DNA of 124,000 bases from the NCBI RefSeq assembly GCF_000737315.1, contig NZ_JMCB01000013.1:20001-144000 (forward strand). Reading direction: 5' to 3'. The stretch comes from Hyalangium minutum (GTDB lineage Bacteria; Myxococcota; Myxococcia; Myxococcales; Myxococcaceae). A program made the translations under genes and the position numbers. Below are positions 48,901 to 60,024 of the stretch, piece after piece (the stretch's first letter is position 1; each line of letters begins with the position of its first letter). Under the pieces are notes generated by a model. It was not told where the DNA came from. It saw nothing but the letters and a program-made list of their open reading frames with translations, and searched no databases.

Positions 48901-49878
48901 CGCCAGCAGGATGCTCACGAGCTGTTGCTCCGCCGCCATGGGGCTGTCGACGCGCGCCACCTGCGTGGGCGCCACCCCCTCCAGCTCCGGGAGCTCGTCC
49001 ACGGTCGGCAGGAGTGGCATCAGGGAGGGGGCGTCCGGGATCCGTTGGTGCGGGTCCTTGGCCAGCATGCGGTCCACCAGCGTCTGGAAGACCTCGGGCA
49101 GCTCGGTGCGCACCGAGCGCAGGGGCGTCGGCGGGGTGAAGAGGATCTTCGCCAGCACGGCGGCGAAGTGAGGCGCGGAGAAGGGAGGCTGGCCGGTGAG
49201 GCACTCGTACAGCACACACCCCAGCGAGAAGATGTCCGCGCTCGGAGTGGTCTCTCCTTGTCCCGAGGCCTGCTCGGGCGCCATGTACCCCGGAGTTCCG
49301 AGCACCACGTGGCTGCCCGTGAGGGCCTGGGACGGCACGGTGCGGCGTGCCAGCCCGAAGTCCAGCAGCACCACCTCCTCGGGCCGGCCATGCCGCAGGA
49401 AGAGGTTGGAGGGCTTCAGGTCTCGGTGGACGATGCCGTGCCGGTGCGCGGTAGCCAGCGCGTCGGCGGCGTGGCGCATCAGGGTCAGCGTCTCGGACAG
49501 GCTCAAGGGCTGGCGCCCGAGCCGGTTGGCCAGGTCCTCTCCCTCCAGCCACTCCATGGCGAGGAAGGGGTGTCCCTGCTCCAGGAAGCCATGGGCCACA
49601 TGGGAGACGATGGACGGGTGACGCAGCTCGGCAAGAAGCTCGGCCTCGCGGCTGAAGCGCTGAAGCCCATCGGCGCTCTGCATGGGATGCAGGAGCTTGA
49701 GGGCGACGGTCTGCCCGGTCTGCGTGTCCTTGGCGCGGTACACCGAGCCCATGCCCCCGCGGCCCGCCAGGGACTCGAGAAGGAACCGCCCGGCGAGGAG
49801 CCGGCCGGGAGCGAGCGTGTCCGCTCCAAGCCTTGGAGGGGAGGGGGAGGTAGGAGCTTGAATGAGATCGATGTTCAT
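45931..49878 (-). CDS. Ser/Thr protein kinase fused to degenerate cyclase-like, AAA ATPase and TPR domains
   Basis: GRGGMG, VALK, HRDLKPSN, DFG; APPGTGKS Walker A; LEDLHW. Confidence 0.92.
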   Translation of the reverse strand: MNIDLIQAPTSPSPPRLGADTLAPGRLLAGRFLLESLAGRGGMGSVYRAKDTQTGQTVALKLLHPMQSADGLQRFSREAELLAELRHPSIVSHVAHGFLEQGHPFLAMEWLEGEDLANRLGRQPLSLSETLTLMRHAADALATAHRHGIVHRDLKPSNLFLRHGRPEEVVLLDFGLARRTVPSQALTGSHVVLGTPGYMAPEQASGQGETTPSADIFSLGCVLYECLTGQPPFSAPHFAAVLAKILFTPPTPLRSVRTELPEVFQTLVDRMLAKDPHQRIPDAPSLMPLLPTVDELPELEGVAPTQVARVDSPMAAEQQLVSILLAAPPVVAEPGPEAMVQRRSLRDSLRAVLTPHRAQVELMADGSLVLTLLAGRHGATDQASLAARCALSLKERWPEVTAVLVTGRGVISAHLPVGEAMDRAGQLLHRFGHPTASPHVVLDEVTAGLLGPGFQLERASTDTFLLQSEHLTADASRPLLGKPTPCVGREQELALLELALSTCIEDSTAQALLVVAPPGTGKSRLRHEFLRRVSRREQPVLLLQGRGDPMNVSGCMCMVGQLLQQLCGMEPGEPAETRRQKLRERVAKYLPEREVPEVAALLGEICSAPFPEETYSQLRELRRDPAQMNAAVGGAIITWLRAESQHSPVLLVLEDLHWGDALTVQWVDRLLRELADCPLLVLALARPEIKELFPGLWSQRLQEVALRSLSRKAGAQLIRDVLGSGVEEAVVDRLLEQSAGNALFLEELIRMVAEGRGDTPPGTVLAMLQSRILRLEPEARQALLAASFLGRTFWTGAVRALRNAQETPGTLEHWLERLVAMEIIESQPDRTFAGEKAYRFRHALMRDAAYALVPEAHKATGHRLAGEWLEQGGETDPRVLADHAYLGQQPERAVRFYIQAADQRLERGDARSALQCVEAALKLEMPSETRSRLRALQATATFWLNDPSLLTGTGREILPELKAGSRPWCDLISSLILNSVNRGQPAEVMPLVELLLRTSPEADGVYAYAQALCFISTAFVRLGMRQEAEVHLQRILGLEGSDALLESYRDYTQAFFSFHLEPKPWQAWEGLLRAEKTLQQEGRVHSLAKVKTVSGLVAAMMGDSASARTRVQESVARLQRFEQPLTLLYSQGYFSVVMSALPEPEARAQARTMAEAALTVTSYSPLYPGMAHVALARIALAEGKPAEAEQHARQACELLPPLPSLVRPVLSEALRLQGRAAEARQEAERAVRHLERAGARGVDFIGVHLALAEACFAQGDSTAGDAALRKALEHLRACAEGFPDAAARERFLRKVPDNARTLELARERFGEATAA

Positions 49879-50011
49879 GGGGCTCTTCGGGGTTCCCAGT
49901 ATAATCCGCTCGTTCGGTGCCCGCCCGGGCATGGGGCCAGGCGGGCCCCCGGTGCTTCGAGGGGTGTTTGTGCCTGCCCGGGCCTGAGTCTTCGTGCTAG
50001 GGCTTCGCCCC

Positions 50012-51697
50012 ATGAAGCGCCTGCTCGCACTGCTCTTCCTCCTGCCTGCGCTGCCCGTCCTGGCGCAGGGCGTGCCGCTCTCCACGCCTGCGGAGAAGGT
50101 GGTGGCGCAGACCATCGATGCGAACCCGCTGCGTGCCCATGTGCGCTTCCTCGCGCATGATCTCCTGGAGGGGCGCGGCCCGGGCACCCGGGGAGATGCG
50201 CTGGCCCAGGCCTACATCGCCTCCCAGTTCGAGCTGCTGGGCCTGAAGCCCGTGGGTGGGGGAGACGGCTACCTCCAGCCCTTCGAGCTCGTGGGCCTCT
50301 CTGGCCACCCGGACACGCTGAGCTTCGCGGCCGCGTCCGGGCGCACGGACCTGAAGTTCCACGAGGAGTTCATCGCCGTCTCTGGCGTGCAGGAGCCGGA
50401 GGCCCGGCTGGAGGGCTCCGAGCTGATCTTCGTGGGCTTCGGCATCGTCGCTCCCGAGTATGGTTGGGACGACTTCAAGGGGATGGACCTCCGGGGCAAG
50501 ACGCTGCTGATCCTCAACAGCGATCCGGCGGAGGACCCGGCGCTCTTCGCGGGCCGGACGCGGCTCTGGTACGGGCGCTGGGATTACAAGTACGAGCAGG
50601 CCGCCAAGGTGGGAGCGGCGGGCGCCATCATCCTCCACACCACGCCGAGCGCCGGCTACCCGTGGCAGGTGGTGCAGACCTCGTGGACGGGCGAGCAGTT
50701 CGAGCTGCCCGCCACCCAGGGCCCGCGCCTGCAGGTGAAGGCGTGGACGACCGAGGAGGCCACGCGGCGCATCGTCCGGATGGCGGGGAGGGACCTGGAC
50801 GCGCTGGTCGCCTCGGCGCAGAAGCGCGACTTCCAGCCCGTGCCGCTCGGGGTGAAGGTCTCCACCCAGTTCGCCAATCAGGTGAGGCGCCGGCCCACGG
50901 CGAACGTGCTGGGCCTGCTGCCCGGCAGCGACCCGAAGCTCTCGGGCGAGGTGGTGCTCTACACCGCGCACCACGATCATCTCGGCACCAAGGAGGGTGC
51001 GCGCCCGGGCGAGGACGCCATCTACAACGGCGCGGTGGACAACGCGGCGGGGGTGGCGGCCCTGCTCACAGTGGCGAGGACCTACCGCGCGCTGCCCACG
51101 CCTCCGAGGCGCTCCATCCTCTTCGCCGCCGTGGCGGGAGAAGAGCAGGGGCTGCTGGGCTCGCAGCACCTCGCTACGCACCTGCCGGTGCCCTCGGGCC
51201 GCATCGCCGCCAACATCAACATCGATGGCGCGAACATCCTCGGGCGCACGCGGGATGTGGCGATCATCGGTCTGGGCAAGTCGAACCTCGATGGCATCAT
51301 CACGGGCCTGGCAAATGCGCAGGGCCGCACGGTGAAGGCGGACCAGCTGTCGGATCGGGGCTTCTTCTACCGCTCGGACCAGTTCGCCTTCGCGAAGCTG
51401 GGCATCCCGGCCGCGTACTTCAGCAGCGGCATGGACTTCATCGGCAGGCCCGAGGGCTGGGGCAAGCAGCAGCGAGAGCTGTGGGAGGCGCGGCACTACC
51501 ACCAGCCCTCCGATGAGCTGCGTCCGGAGTGGGACCTGAGCGGGGCCGTGGAGGACGTGCGCCTCTACTTCCTGCTGGGCGCCCATGTGGCGCGGGCGCC
51601 CGAGATGCCCCGCTGGAACAAGGGGGACGAGTTCGAGGCCCCTCGGCTGGAGTCCCTGAAGGCGGTGGGAGCCCCGGAAGCAAAGGGAGCGAAGTAG
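50012..51697 (+). CDS. M28 family aminopeptidase with PA domain
   Basis: [34 protein letters not shown]. Confidence 0.92.
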   Translation: MKRLLALLFLLPALPVLAQGVPLSTPAEKVVAQTIDANPLRAHVRFLAHDLLEGRGPGTRGDALAQAYIASQFELLGLKPVGGGDGYLQPFELVGLSGHPDTLSFAAASGRTDLKFHEEFIAVSGVQEPEARLEGSELIFVGFGIVAPEYGWDDFKGMDLRGKTLLILNSDPAEDPALFAGRTRLWYGRWDYKYEQAAKVGAAGAIILHTTPSAGYPWQVVQTSWTGEQFELPATQGPRLQVKAWTTEEATRRIVRMAGRDLDALVASAQKRDFQPVPLGVKVSTQFANQVRRRPTANVLGLLPGSDPKLSGEVVLYTAHHDHLGTKEGARPGEDAIYNGAVDNAAGVAALLTVARTYRALPTPPRRSILFAAVAGEEQGLLGSQHLATHLPVPSGRIAANINIDGANILGRTRDVAIIGLGKSNLDGIITGLANAQGRTVKADQLSDRGFFYRSDQFAFAKLGIPAAYFSSGMDFIGRPEGWGKQQRELWEARHYHQPSDELRPEWDLSGAVEDVRLYFLLGAHVARAPEMPRWNKGDEFEAPRLESLKAVGAPEAKGAK

Positions 51698-51774
51698 CCC
51701 GCGTTCGTCCACTGCCCTGCAGCCATGCAGGAAGTGCCAGCCTGCCTTGTCGCTGGATGTTAAATGACGGGGCT

Positions 51775-53871
51775 ATGCCGGACTTTCAGATCGTCAGTGA
51801 ACATCAGCCGCAGGGCGACCAGCCGAGGGCCATCGCCGAGCTGACCGAGGGCTTGCTGCGCGGGGACCAGTACCAGACGCTGCTGGGCGTCACGGGCTCG
51901 GGCAAGACATTCACCATGGCGAACGTGATCGCCAACGTGAAGCGGCCCACGCTCATCATCGCGCACAACAAGACCCTGGCCGCTCAGCTGTACGGCGAGT
52001 TCAAGGAAGTCTTCCCGAAGAACGCCGTCGAATACTTCGTCTCCTACTACGACTACTACCAGCCCGAGGCGTACGTCCCCTCGTCGGACACCTTCATCGA
52101 GAAGGACTCGTCCATCAACGACGAGATCGAGCGCATGCGGCACTCGGCCACGCACAGCCTGCGCATCCGCGATGACGTGATCATCGTGGCCAGCGTGTCC
52201 TGCATCTACGGCCTGGGCACGGCGCGCTCCTACGTGGACCTGGCCATCACCGTGAACCTGGGCGAGGACCTGGGCCGGGACGCGCTCATGCGCCGGCTGG
52301 TCGAGGCCCAGTACGAGCGCAACGACTTCGACTTCCATCGCGGTACCTTCCGCGCTCGCGGCGACACCGTGGAGATCTTCCCGGCCTACGAGGAGGAGCG
52401 CGCCGTCCGCGTGAGCTTCTTCGGCGACGAGGTGGAGAAGATCACCGAGTTCGATCCGCTGCGTGGCGTCACCCTGGGGGCACTGGAGAAGATTGTCGTC
52501 TTCCCCGCCAGCCACTACGTGACCGAGGCGGACACCCGCAAGCGAGCCTTGCAGACGATCCGTGACGAGCTGGCCGAGCGCCTCAGCCTCTTCCGCAAGG
52601 AGGGCAAGCTCCTGGAGGCACAGCGGCTCGAGCAGCGCACCATGTTCGATCTGGAGATGATCGAGCAGGTGGGGTTCTGCAATGGCATCGAGAACTACTC
52701 GCGCCACTTCTCGGGCCGGGCGCCCGGCGAGCCTCCTCCGTGCCTGATCGACTACTTCCCACGGAACATGCTCATCCTCATCGATGAGAGTCACCAGACC
52801 GTTCCTCAGATCGGCGCGATGTACCGCGGCGACCGCTCGCGCAAGGAGACGCTGGTGAATTTCGGCTTCCGGCTCCCCAGCGCCATGGACAACCGCCCGC
52901 TGAAGTTCGGCGAGTTCGAGGGCATGGTGCAGCAGGCCGTCTTCGTCTCGGCCACTCCCTCCGAGTACGAGCTGCAGAAGAGCCGAGGCGTGGTGGTGGA
53001 GCAGATCATCCGCCCCACGGGCCTGATGGATCCTCCCGTGGAGGTCCGCCCCGCATCCAACCAGGTGGACGATCTGCTGGAGCATGTCCGTGTGCGCGTG
53101 GCCCGTCAGGAGCGCGTGCTGGTGACGACGCTCACCAAGCGCATGGCGGAGGATCTCACCGAGTACTTCAGCGATGTGGGTGTGAAGGTGCGCTACCTGC
53201 ACTCGGACATCGACGCCATCGAGCGCACGGCCATTATCCGCGACCTGCGCAAGGGTGTCTTCGACGTGCTGGTGGGCATCAACCTGCTGCGCGAGGGCCT
53301 CGACATCCCCGAGGTCTCCCTGGTGGCCATTTTGGACGCGGACAAGGAGGGCTTCCTGCGCAGCCACGTCTCGCTCATCCAGACCATTGGCCGCGCGGCC
53401 CGTAACCTCAACGGCCAGGTCATCATGTACTCGGATCAGATGACCGACTCGATGAAGCTGGCCATCGAGGAGACCAACCGCCGCCGCGAGGTGCAGCGCA
53501 AGTACAACGAGGAGCACAACATCACCCCGCGCTCGGTCAAAAGCGCCATCCTCGATCTGTCCCAGCAGCTCTACGGCGCGGACCCCATGGCGCTGCCTCT
53601 GGCTGCCGACGGGGCGAACGATCTGCTCATCCCGAAGGAGATCAAGCGCCTCATCGAGGAGTACACCAAGGACATGCAGCGCGCGGCGGACGAGATGGAG
53701 TTCGAGAAGGCCGCCCAGTTCCGCGACCGCATCCTGCTGCTCAAGGACATGGACCTGGGCCTCAAGCCCCCCAGCCGCACGCTGCTCGCCGAGCCCCCCA
53801 AGCCCGCCGAGCCCCAGGGCCCTATGAAGGGCCGCCGAGGCGCCGCTGGCAAGAGGGGCAGGAGGCGCTAG
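51775..53871 (+). CDS. uvrB: Excinuclease ABC subunit B
   Basis: [18 protein letters not shown] beta-hairpin, DESH. Confidence 0.97.
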   Translation: MPDFQIVSEHQPQGDQPRAIAELTEGLLRGDQYQTLLGVTGSGKTFTMANVIANVKRPTLIIAHNKTLAAQLYGEFKEVFPKNAVEYFVSYYDYYQPEAYVPSSDTFIEKDSSINDEIERMRHSATHSLRIRDDVIIVASVSCIYGLGTARSYVDLAITVNLGEDLGRDALMRRLVEAQYERNDFDFHRGTFRARGDTVEIFPAYEEERAVRVSFFGDEVEKITEFDPLRGVTLGALEKIVVFPASHYVTEADTRKRALQTIRDELAERLSLFRKEGKLLEAQRLEQRTMFDLEMIEQVGFCNGIENYSRHFSGRAPGEPPPCLIDYFPRNMLILIDESHQTVPQIGAMYRGDRSRKETLVNFGFRLPSAMDNRPLKFGEFEGMVQQAVFVSATPSEYELQKSRGVVVEQIIRPTGLMDPPVEVRPASNQVDDLLEHVRVRVARQERVLVTTLTKRMAEDLTEYFSDVGVKVRYLHSDIDAIERTAIIRDLRKGVFDVLVGINLLREGLDIPEVSLVAILDADKEGFLRSHVSLIQTIGRAARNLNGQVIMYSDQMTDSMKLAIEETNRRREVQRKYNEEHNITPRSVKSAILDLSQQLYGADPMALPLAADGANDLLIPKEIKRLIEEYTKDMQRAADEMEFEKAAQFRDRILLLKDMDLGLKPPSRTLLAEPPKPAEPQGPMKGRRGAAGKRGRRR

Positions 53872-53877
53872 CTCATC

Positions 53878-55818
53878 ATGAATGCCCGGCTCCAGGAGAA
53901 GCTCGACGCGCTGCCCACCGAGCCCGGCGTGTACCTGATGAAGGACCGCCGCGGCACCGTCATCTACGTCGGCAAGGCCATCAATCTGCGCAACCGGGTG
54001 CGCTCGTACTTCACCCGTACGGGCGACACGCGCGTCTTCGTGTCGATGCTCGACTCGATCCTCGGGGACATCGAGACGGTGCTCGTCCACAACGAGAAGG
54101 AGGCCCTCCTCCTCGAGAACGAGCTCATCAAGAAGCACAAGCCGCGCTTCAACGTCCTGCTCAAGGACGACAAGCAGTTCATCTCGCTGCGGCTCGACAA
54201 GACCCAGGACTTCCCCCGCCTGGAGGTCGTCCGGAAATACGATAGAGACGGCGCGCGGTACTTTGGACCCTATTCCAGCGCGGGAGCCATCCGCGAGACG
54301 CTGCGCCTCATCAACCGCTACTTCCGGCTGCGCACGTGCACGGATCACGTGATGGCCAACCGGAAGCGGCCCTGCCTGCTGTACCAGATCGGCCGCTGCC
54401 CGGCGCCCTGTGTCTACCCGGTGTCTCCCGAGGACTACGGGCGCAGCGTGAACGAGGTGGTGCTCTTCCTGGAGGGCAAGGCCACCGAGCTGGTGGAGGG
54501 CATCAAGGGACGCATGAAGGGGGCCGCCTCGGAGCTGAAGTTCGAGGAGGCCGCGCGCCTGCGCGATCAGCTCCGGGCCATCGAGCGCAGCCTGGAGCGC
54601 CAGAAGGCTGTCACCACCGACTTCAAGGATCAGGACGTGTTCGCCTTCTTCCGCGAGGGCGATCGCATCCTCTTCTACGTCCTGTGGGTGCGGCAGGGCC
54701 GGCTCAACGGTGGCCAGGCCTTCCCATTCGGCAGCCAGGAGTTCCCGGACGAGGAGCTGCTGCCCTCGTTCGTGAACCTCTACTACGACCAAGGCAGCTT
54801 CGTGCCGGAGGAGGTGCTGCTGCCGCTGGATCCGGAGAGCCTCGAGGGCTTGGAGTCCCTCCTCACCGAGCGCCGGGGCGAGAGGGTCCGCGTCATGGTG
54901 CCCAAGCGCGGCGAGAAGCACGACCTGGTGCTCATGGCCGCCAAGAACGCCGAGCAGGCCTTCACCGAGCGCAAGCGCACCAAGGAGGAGACCGACGCCG
55001 TCCTGTCGCGGCTCCAGCAGAAGCTCAACCTGCGCAACTTCCCGCGCCGGATGGAGTGCTTCGACATCTCTCACTTCCAGGGCTCCAGCATCGTCGCCTC
55101 GCAGGTGGCCGTCACCGATGGCGAGACGGACAAGTCCCGCTACCGCAAGTACAAGATCAAGACCCTGGAGAAGCAGGACGACTTCGCCAGCATGTACGAG
55201 GTGCTCTCCCGCCGCCTCAAGCGCGGCCTGGAGGAGAACGATCTGCCGGACCTGCTCGTCATTGACGGTGGCAAGGGCCAGTTGGCCAGTGTCCACGCGG
55301 CCATGAAGGACCTGGGAGTCGAGAAGGTGGACGTGGTAGGTCTTGCCAAGAGTCGCGACCAAGAAGTCTTTGATCGCGACGCTGAAAGCGCTCGCAGCCC
55401 GGAGCGCGTGTTCGTGCTGGGGCGGAAAGATCCGGTCGTCCTGCCCCAGAACTCGGCGGAAATCTTCATGCTGACCCGGATGCGGGACGAGGCCCACCGC
55501 TTCGCCATCACCTACCAGCAGAAGGACCTGAGGAAGAGCCGCGTCCGCTCGGCGCTGGAGGACATTCCGGGGGTGGGCGAGGTGCGCCGGAAGACACTGC
55601 TGCGCCACTTCGGATCACTGAAGCGTGTTCAGGAGGCCACCATCGAGGATCTGGCCGAAGTGGTTGGCCCCTCAGTGGCCGAGCGGGTCCATGCGGCCCT
55701 CCACGGCCACCCGGAGGAGGAGGACGTAGACCCCATCCGTGAGGCGTCTCTGGCCGACGCCGGAGCCACGCAAGACGAAAAATCCTCCGAAGGAGGGTCG
55801 CCAGCCGGTGGGGCGTGA
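53878..55818 (+). CDS. uvrC: Excinuclease ABC subunit C
   Basis: GIY-YIG (GVY...YVGKA), CFDISH, IDGGKGQ, HhH. Confidence 0.97.
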   Translation: MNARLQEKLDALPTEPGVYLMKDRRGTVIYVGKAINLRNRVRSYFTRTGDTRVFVSMLDSILGDIETVLVHNEKEALLLENELIKKHKPRFNVLLKDDKQFISLRLDKTQDFPRLEVVRKYDRDGARYFGPYSSAGAIRETLRLINRYFRLRTCTDHVMANRKRPCLLYQIGRCPAPCVYPVSPEDYGRSVNEVVLFLEGKATELVEGIKGRMKGAASELKFEEAARLRDQLRAIERSLERQKAVTTDFKDQDVFAFFREGDRILFYVLWVRQGRLNGGQAFPFGSQEFPDEELLPSFVNLYYDQGSFVPEEVLLPLDPESLEGLESLLTERRGERVRVMVPKRGEKHDLVLMAAKNAEQAFTERKRTKEETDAVLSRLQQKLNLRNFPRRMECFDISHFQGSSIVASQVAVTDGETDKSRYRKYKIKTLEKQDDFASMYEVLSRRLKRGLEENDLPDLLVIDGGKGQLASVHAAMKDLGVEKVDVVGLAKSRDQEVFDRDAESARSPERVFVLGRKDPVVLPQNSAEIFMLTRMRDEAHRFAITYQQKDLRKSRVRSALEDIPGVGEVRRKTLLRHFGSLKRVQEATIEDLAEVVGPSVAERVHAALHGHPEEEDVDPIREASLADAGATQDEKSSEGGSPAGGA

Positions 55819-55958
55819 TTAATTTTCTCCTCGGGAATTTCGAGGGAAAAAGTACTCCGGAACCGTGTGGTTCCAAGGGTTTTTCATTGCGGCTGGGCGC
55901 GGCGCTGTTTTATAGCGATCGCGTTCTAGGCACGCAGAAGAGGGTGAGGGAGCGACAC

Positions 55959-56477
55959 ATGAGGCTCTATCCGAAGGTGATCCCGATCATCTCGCGCGAG
56001 TGCATCCAGTTGCTGATGCAGGACGGGGATGTCGAGGTGGAGCCGATGCGGGTGGCGGACGCGGAGATGGACCTGTCGGCCATCATGCGCGAGTACTTGG
56101 CCAACGAGGAGCGCGTGAACCAGGCCACCCGCGAGGCCCTGGAGCGGCGCGGCTACGACTACTCCAAGTTCAATCAGGTCAAGCGTGAGATGGCCGACGT
56201 TCGCGGCTTCAAGATGGGCGACGAAGGCATCGAGTACGTCATCAACCAGATGATCGAGTTCCTGCTGATCAGCCGGAACGTCGAGGAAGTGTTCGCCGCC
56301 GATAACAACCTGCGTCAGAAGATCTTCCAGGTGATGAAGAAGCACCTGGACGTGGACGACGAGATCGACAAGGAGGCGCGCTCCCGCCTGAAGCACCTGC
56401 AGGAGGGCACCAGCGCCTTCGACATCGAGTACAACAAGACGGTGGAGCAGATCCGCCGGGCGCGCGGGCTGATCTAG
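55959..56477 (+). CDS. DUF507 family protein
   Basis: MRLYP start, EEVFAADNNLR, C-terminal RARGLI. Confidence 0.8.
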   Translation: MRLYPKVIPIISRECIQLLMQDGDVEVEPMRVADAEMDLSAIMREYLANEERVNQATREALERRGYDYSKFNQVKREMADVRGFKMGDEGIEYVINQMIEFLLISRNVEEVFAADNNLRQKIFQVMKKHLDVDDEIDKEARSRLKHLQEGTSAFDIEYNKTVEQIRRARGLI

Positions 56478-56531
56478 CGGGGCGTGCCAACCCCCGTACC
56501 GCTGCCTACCTTGTGTGGAAGGGAGGCAGCG

Positions 56532-58145
56532 ATGGTGGGAACTCTCTTTCAAGTGACGATGGTTGGACTCCTGGCGGCGGCGCCGTCAGGAGGCTTCACG
56601 TTCGAGGGCATCCAAGCGAGCGCTCGGACGACGTCCCCCGTAGGCTATTTCGCCCAGGGGACCACGCCTTACCCCAACATCTACGAGCGAGGCACCGGCT
56701 CGGCGACGCTGACGGCGGAGGACCGCGTCCCCGCCTGGGGCGCCACGTACGGCGACAAGGGCCGCGTGGAGGCCGAGTTCCGGCTCGGGCAGGCGCAGTA
56801 CCGTGTGGAGCTCACCCAGCCCGGCTTTCCGCCCCAGCAGGCTTCAGGCGGCTCGCCTGCTCCGCGGCCGAGCTTCCCGGTGGCGGGTGGGGTGCTCCTG
56901 GATCATGACCTGAATGGCGCGAGCGGGCTCGGGTGGATGGCCACGACGCAGGTGCACGCTGCCGTGGTGGTGTGGGGCGTGGGCAGCGTTTGGCGCAACG
57001 GGCAGCTGATCACGGACACCGCGCTGATTCAGGCCGCGGCGCTCTCGCATGGCTCGCACGCGGATGACGAGACGCACCGCATCCTCGCGGCGGCGCGGGC
57101 GGGGGACACCGAGCTGGATGTGCTCGTGTGGAACCTGCCGCAGAGCGCCGAGCCGCGCGGCTTCCTTCAGTTCTCCTTCGATGATGTGGAGATCGAGCTG
57201 AATGATCGGCCCGTGAACTCCGTGGCCGTGGTGCCGAACGTCCAGGGCGTAGAGTCGGGCGGGGTGGTGCCGGTGACTGGCGGGTTCGGAGGGAATGGGA
57301 TCTTCGTGGCTCCTACGCCGGCTCCGGCACCGGGGCAGGGCGTAGGTGGCTCGGGCTTTGACGTCACGGCACCGCCCCAGACGGGAACGCCGGGTGGCCC
57401 GGTGACGCCGGTGAGCCCTGGGACGCTGGGCGGGCCCGCTTCCGCGAACCTTGGCGCGACGCCAGGGGTGAGCGTGGGCACGGAGGCCACGCAGCAGGGC
57501 ACTGCGGCAACGGGCTCTCCGGGAGTCCCTTCTCAGCCCGTCACCGGTCCTGTGACGAGTGTGACCACCGTGGGACCCGGCGCCGTGACGCCGGACACCA
57601 TCAGCGGCACCTTCCCGACGCTGGGTGCGCCGACGCCCCCCGCGAACATCTCGGGCTCCATGCCGGGCACGCCCGCGCCGGGCTCGTTGCTCGCCACGGA
57701 GCAGACGGTGGTGCCAGGCACGCCCGCGCCGGGAGCTCCTGCGGAGGCGGGGGTGGCCATCAACTCGACGACGCCCACGCTGTCCAACTCGGGGAACTTC
57801 ACCGTGCCCATCTCTCCGCCGAACTTCAACAGCTTCGCGGGGACGGGGCAGGTGAGCCCGGGCATCATCGCCACGGCGCCGCCGATCGGGACGGATCCAA
57901 CGATCCCCACGCCGCCGTTGCTCGGCTCGCCCGCGCCACTCACCGCTGCGTCGGGGACGCCGCTGCTCGGTACGCCCGCGCCGCTGACGGCCGCGCCTCC
58001 GCCCGCGCTGATCACGACGCCCGCGCCCGTGAATGCGACGCCGGGGAGTACCACCGCGGCACCTGTTGCGCCGATTCCTGGGATTCCCGCGACGAGCGCT
58101 CCGGTCACGTCTCCGGGGAGCACGGGAGTTCCGCCCTCCATCTGA
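56532..58145 (+). CDS. Exported hypothetical protein with long Pro/Thr/Gly-rich tail
   Basis: Signal-like N-terminus, ~250-aa folded domain, low-complexity C-half. Confidence 0.7.
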   Translation: MVGTLFQVTMVGLLAAAPSGGFTFEGIQASARTTSPVGYFAQGTTPYPNIYERGTGSATLTAEDRVPAWGATYGDKGRVEAEFRLGQAQYRVELTQPGFPPQQASGGSPAPRPSFPVAGGVLLDHDLNGASGLGWMATTQVHAAVVVWGVGSVWRNGQLITDTALIQAAALSHGSHADDETHRILAAARAGDTELDVLVWNLPQSAEPRGFLQFSFDDVEIELNDRPVNSVAVVPNVQGVESGGVVPVTGGFGGNGIFVAPTPAPAPGQGVGGSGFDVTAPPQTGTPGGPVTPVSPGTLGGPASANLGATPGVSVGTEATQQGTAATGSPGVPSQPVTGPVTSVTTVGPGAVTPDTISGTFPTLGAPTPPANISGSMPGTPAPGSLLATEQTVVPGTPAPGAPAEAGVAINSTTPTLSNSGNFTVPISPPNFNSFAGTGQVSPGIIATAPPIGTDPTIPTPPLLGSPAPLTAASGTPLLGTPAPLTAAPPPALITTPAPVNATPGSTTAAPVAPIPGIPATSAPVTSPGSTGVPPSI

Positions 58146-58231
58146 GCAGGGCGGAGCGAGCGGAAAAGAGTGGTGGTACGCGCCTTTGCAGAGCGGGCCG
58201 CTCAGGTCTTCGTCCTGAGCGGCTCGAAAAA

Positions 58232-58259
58232 TTGACCGTTCGCTACGTGCCTGTAGCGT
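58232..58259 (+). promoter_or_regulatory. sigma70-type promoter (probable leaderless transcript)
   Basis: TTGACC-N16-TAGCGT, 7 nt before ATG 58267. Confidence 0.55.
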
Positions 58260-58266
58260 TCTGGCC

Positions 58267-58644
58267 ATGTCGACGTCCGTTGCCGCCTTTGCCGTCCCCG
58301 CGACTTCTCGCCACGCCAGCGACGATCCGCTGAGCGAGGCGATGGAGAACCTGGCTCGCGCACTGCCCGAGCGTACGGACGCGGCCGTGCTCGTGGACCT
58401 CCTCGGGGATGATCTCCGGGAGGGGCTCGATGCGCTCGGAGATGTGGAGTGCCACTTCGCCGACGTGCTCGATGCCATGCGCCTTCCGAGACCGGCTCCC
58501 ATGACGCTGGTGGACGTGAGCGATGATCAGCTCGTGCTCGAGCGGCTCGAGGTCATCGTGGGCGTGGTGTCGTCGGTGCGGCGGCGTCTCTCGCAGGCGG
58601 CGGGGATGATGCGCCAGCTGCCGCTCCCGCTGGGCGACAGCTAG
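58267..58644 (+). CDS. Hypothetical helical protein
   Basis: ORF with own promoter and coding bias. Confidence 0.7.
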   Translation: MSTSVAAFAVPATSRHASDDPLSEAMENLARALPERTDAAVLVDLLGDDLREGLDALGDVECHFADVLDAMRLPRPAPMTLVDVSDDQLVLERLEVIVGVVSSVRRRLSQAAGMMRQLPLPLGDS

Positions 58645-58685
58645 CACGAGGGCCGCCGCGTTCGCGGCCCCCGTGGCTCCGTGGC

Positions 58686-60005
58686 TCAGAGCGAGCCCAG
58701 GAACTTCACCAGTGCCTCGCGATCCGGGGCCGACATCGCGCGGAAGCGCTCCCGCGAGCGCTCGGCCTCGCCTCCGTGCCAGAGGATGGCCTCCTCCAGC
58801 GTGCGTGCGCGGCCATCGTGCAGGTAGCCCGCGTAGGGCAGCACCGTCTGCGTCAGCCCAACCCCCCAGAGCGGCGCGGTCCGCCACTCGTTGCCGTCCG
58901 CCACGCCATCCGGCCGTCCATCCGCGAGCCCTGGCCCCATATCGTGCAGCAACAGGTCCGTGTACGGGTGGATGCGCTCGTGGGCCAGCTCCGGCAGCGG
59001 GTGGTCCCCCGTCTCGAGCGTCTCGCGGTGGCAGCTCTCGCACCCGGCGGAGCGGAAGAGCTTCTCGCCCTCCTGCACGTCCGCGTTGTCGAGGGCGGTG
59101 CGCGCCGGCACGCCGAGCGACTGCGCGTAGAAGGCCGCGGCCTCCAGCGTCGTCCTCGACAGGTCGTGGGTGCCGTCGGGCTCTGGGAAGAGCGGGTTGG
59201 TGACGCCCATGTCGTTGACATAGGCCTCGGCCGATTGCTGGAGCAGATTGGGGCTGTTCGCCTTCAGCCCGAAGCGTCCCGGGGCCAGCGCCTGCGCTTG
59301 GACATCCCAGACCTCGTTGAGGCGGCCGGAGATGCCGTCACCGTTCTTGTCGTTCGGATCCTCCATGGCGCGCAGGGTGGAGGTGGGCACGGCCTCGAGC
59401 AACCCCAGCCCAAAGACGGGAGGCGGCAGCCGCAGCGAGGTGAGCAGGTCCGGAGGCAGCGAGGAGCCGTCGCTCGGGGTGATCTGGATGCGCGGAGACC
59501 GCAGGCTGAAGGCCGCCCCATCTCCGTAGGTGCCAGAGCTCTCCTCCCAGGACAGCGCGACCGAGGCCTCGGGCGTGTAGCCGTAGACGGCCTGGTCGGC
59601 GATCTGGATGCCCAAGCCCGGCACGGGGACGGCGCCGTTCGGGTGGTTCAGCGTGCCGCTGGGGAGGCTGACGCGGACCAGGAGCTGGGTGCGCTGCGGC
59701 CCGGTGCCCATCACCGGCATGCCGCGCCCATTGCGCAGGTGGCAGCCGTTGCACGAGGTGTTGTTGTAGAGCGGCCCCAGCCCCGGGTTCACGGGCGCCA
59801 TACCCGGGACGAACACCGCCGCGAACGCACTGTCCCCCACCCGGTGCAGCGTGAGCTGCTCGGGCGTGAGGTTGGGGGCAGGCTGGGCAAATGCCAGCGA
59901 GGTCCGATCATCAATGGTGGTGGCGCCTCCCGCGCGAGGCGGCTCGGAGTCTCCGCAGCCCGAGAGCAGCGCCACCACGGCGCCCAGTGTCATGGCCTGT
60001 CGCAT
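58686..60005 (-). CDS. Di-heme oxidoreductase family lipoprotein (DUF1111)
   Basis: Lipobox LSGC; CNGCH and CESCH heme motifs; GLGP, LHDGRARTLEEAILWHGGE. Confidence 0.92.
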   Translation of the reverse strand: MRQAMTLGAVVALLSGCGDSEPPRAGGATTIDDRTSLAFAQPAPNLTPEQLTLHRVGDSAFAAVFVPGMAPVNPGLGPLYNNTSCNGCHLRNGRGMPVMGTGPQRTQLLVRVSLPSGTLNHPNGAVPVPGLGIQIADQAVYGYTPEASVALSWEESSGTYGDGAAFSLRSPRIQITPSDGSSLPPDLLTSLRLPPPVFGLGLLEAVPTSTLRAMEDPNDKNGDGISGRLNEVWDVQAQALAPGRFGLKANSPNLLQQSAEAYVNDMGVTNPLFPEPDGTHDLSRTTLEAAAFYAQSLGVPARTALDNADVQEGEKLFRSAGCESCHRETLETGDHPLPELAHERIHPYTDLLLHDMGPGLADGRPDGVADGNEWRTAPLWGVGLTQTVLPYAGYLHDGRARTLEEAILWHGGEAERSRERFRAMSAPDREALVKFLGSL

Positions 60006-60024
60006 CGCAATCCCCCCAGAATGC

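Noticed and set aside
47230-50160. 976-aa plus-strand ORF (also 14427-17423, 19531-22671, 6037-8460, 63530-66112, 73917-76154)
   Set aside because: Antisense or alternate-frame shadows of well-supported genes; Arg/Gly/His-rich composition.
51760-55608. 1282-aa minus-strand ORF
   Set aside because: Antisense shadow of uvrB/uvrC; typical of high-GC codon bias, with no motifs.
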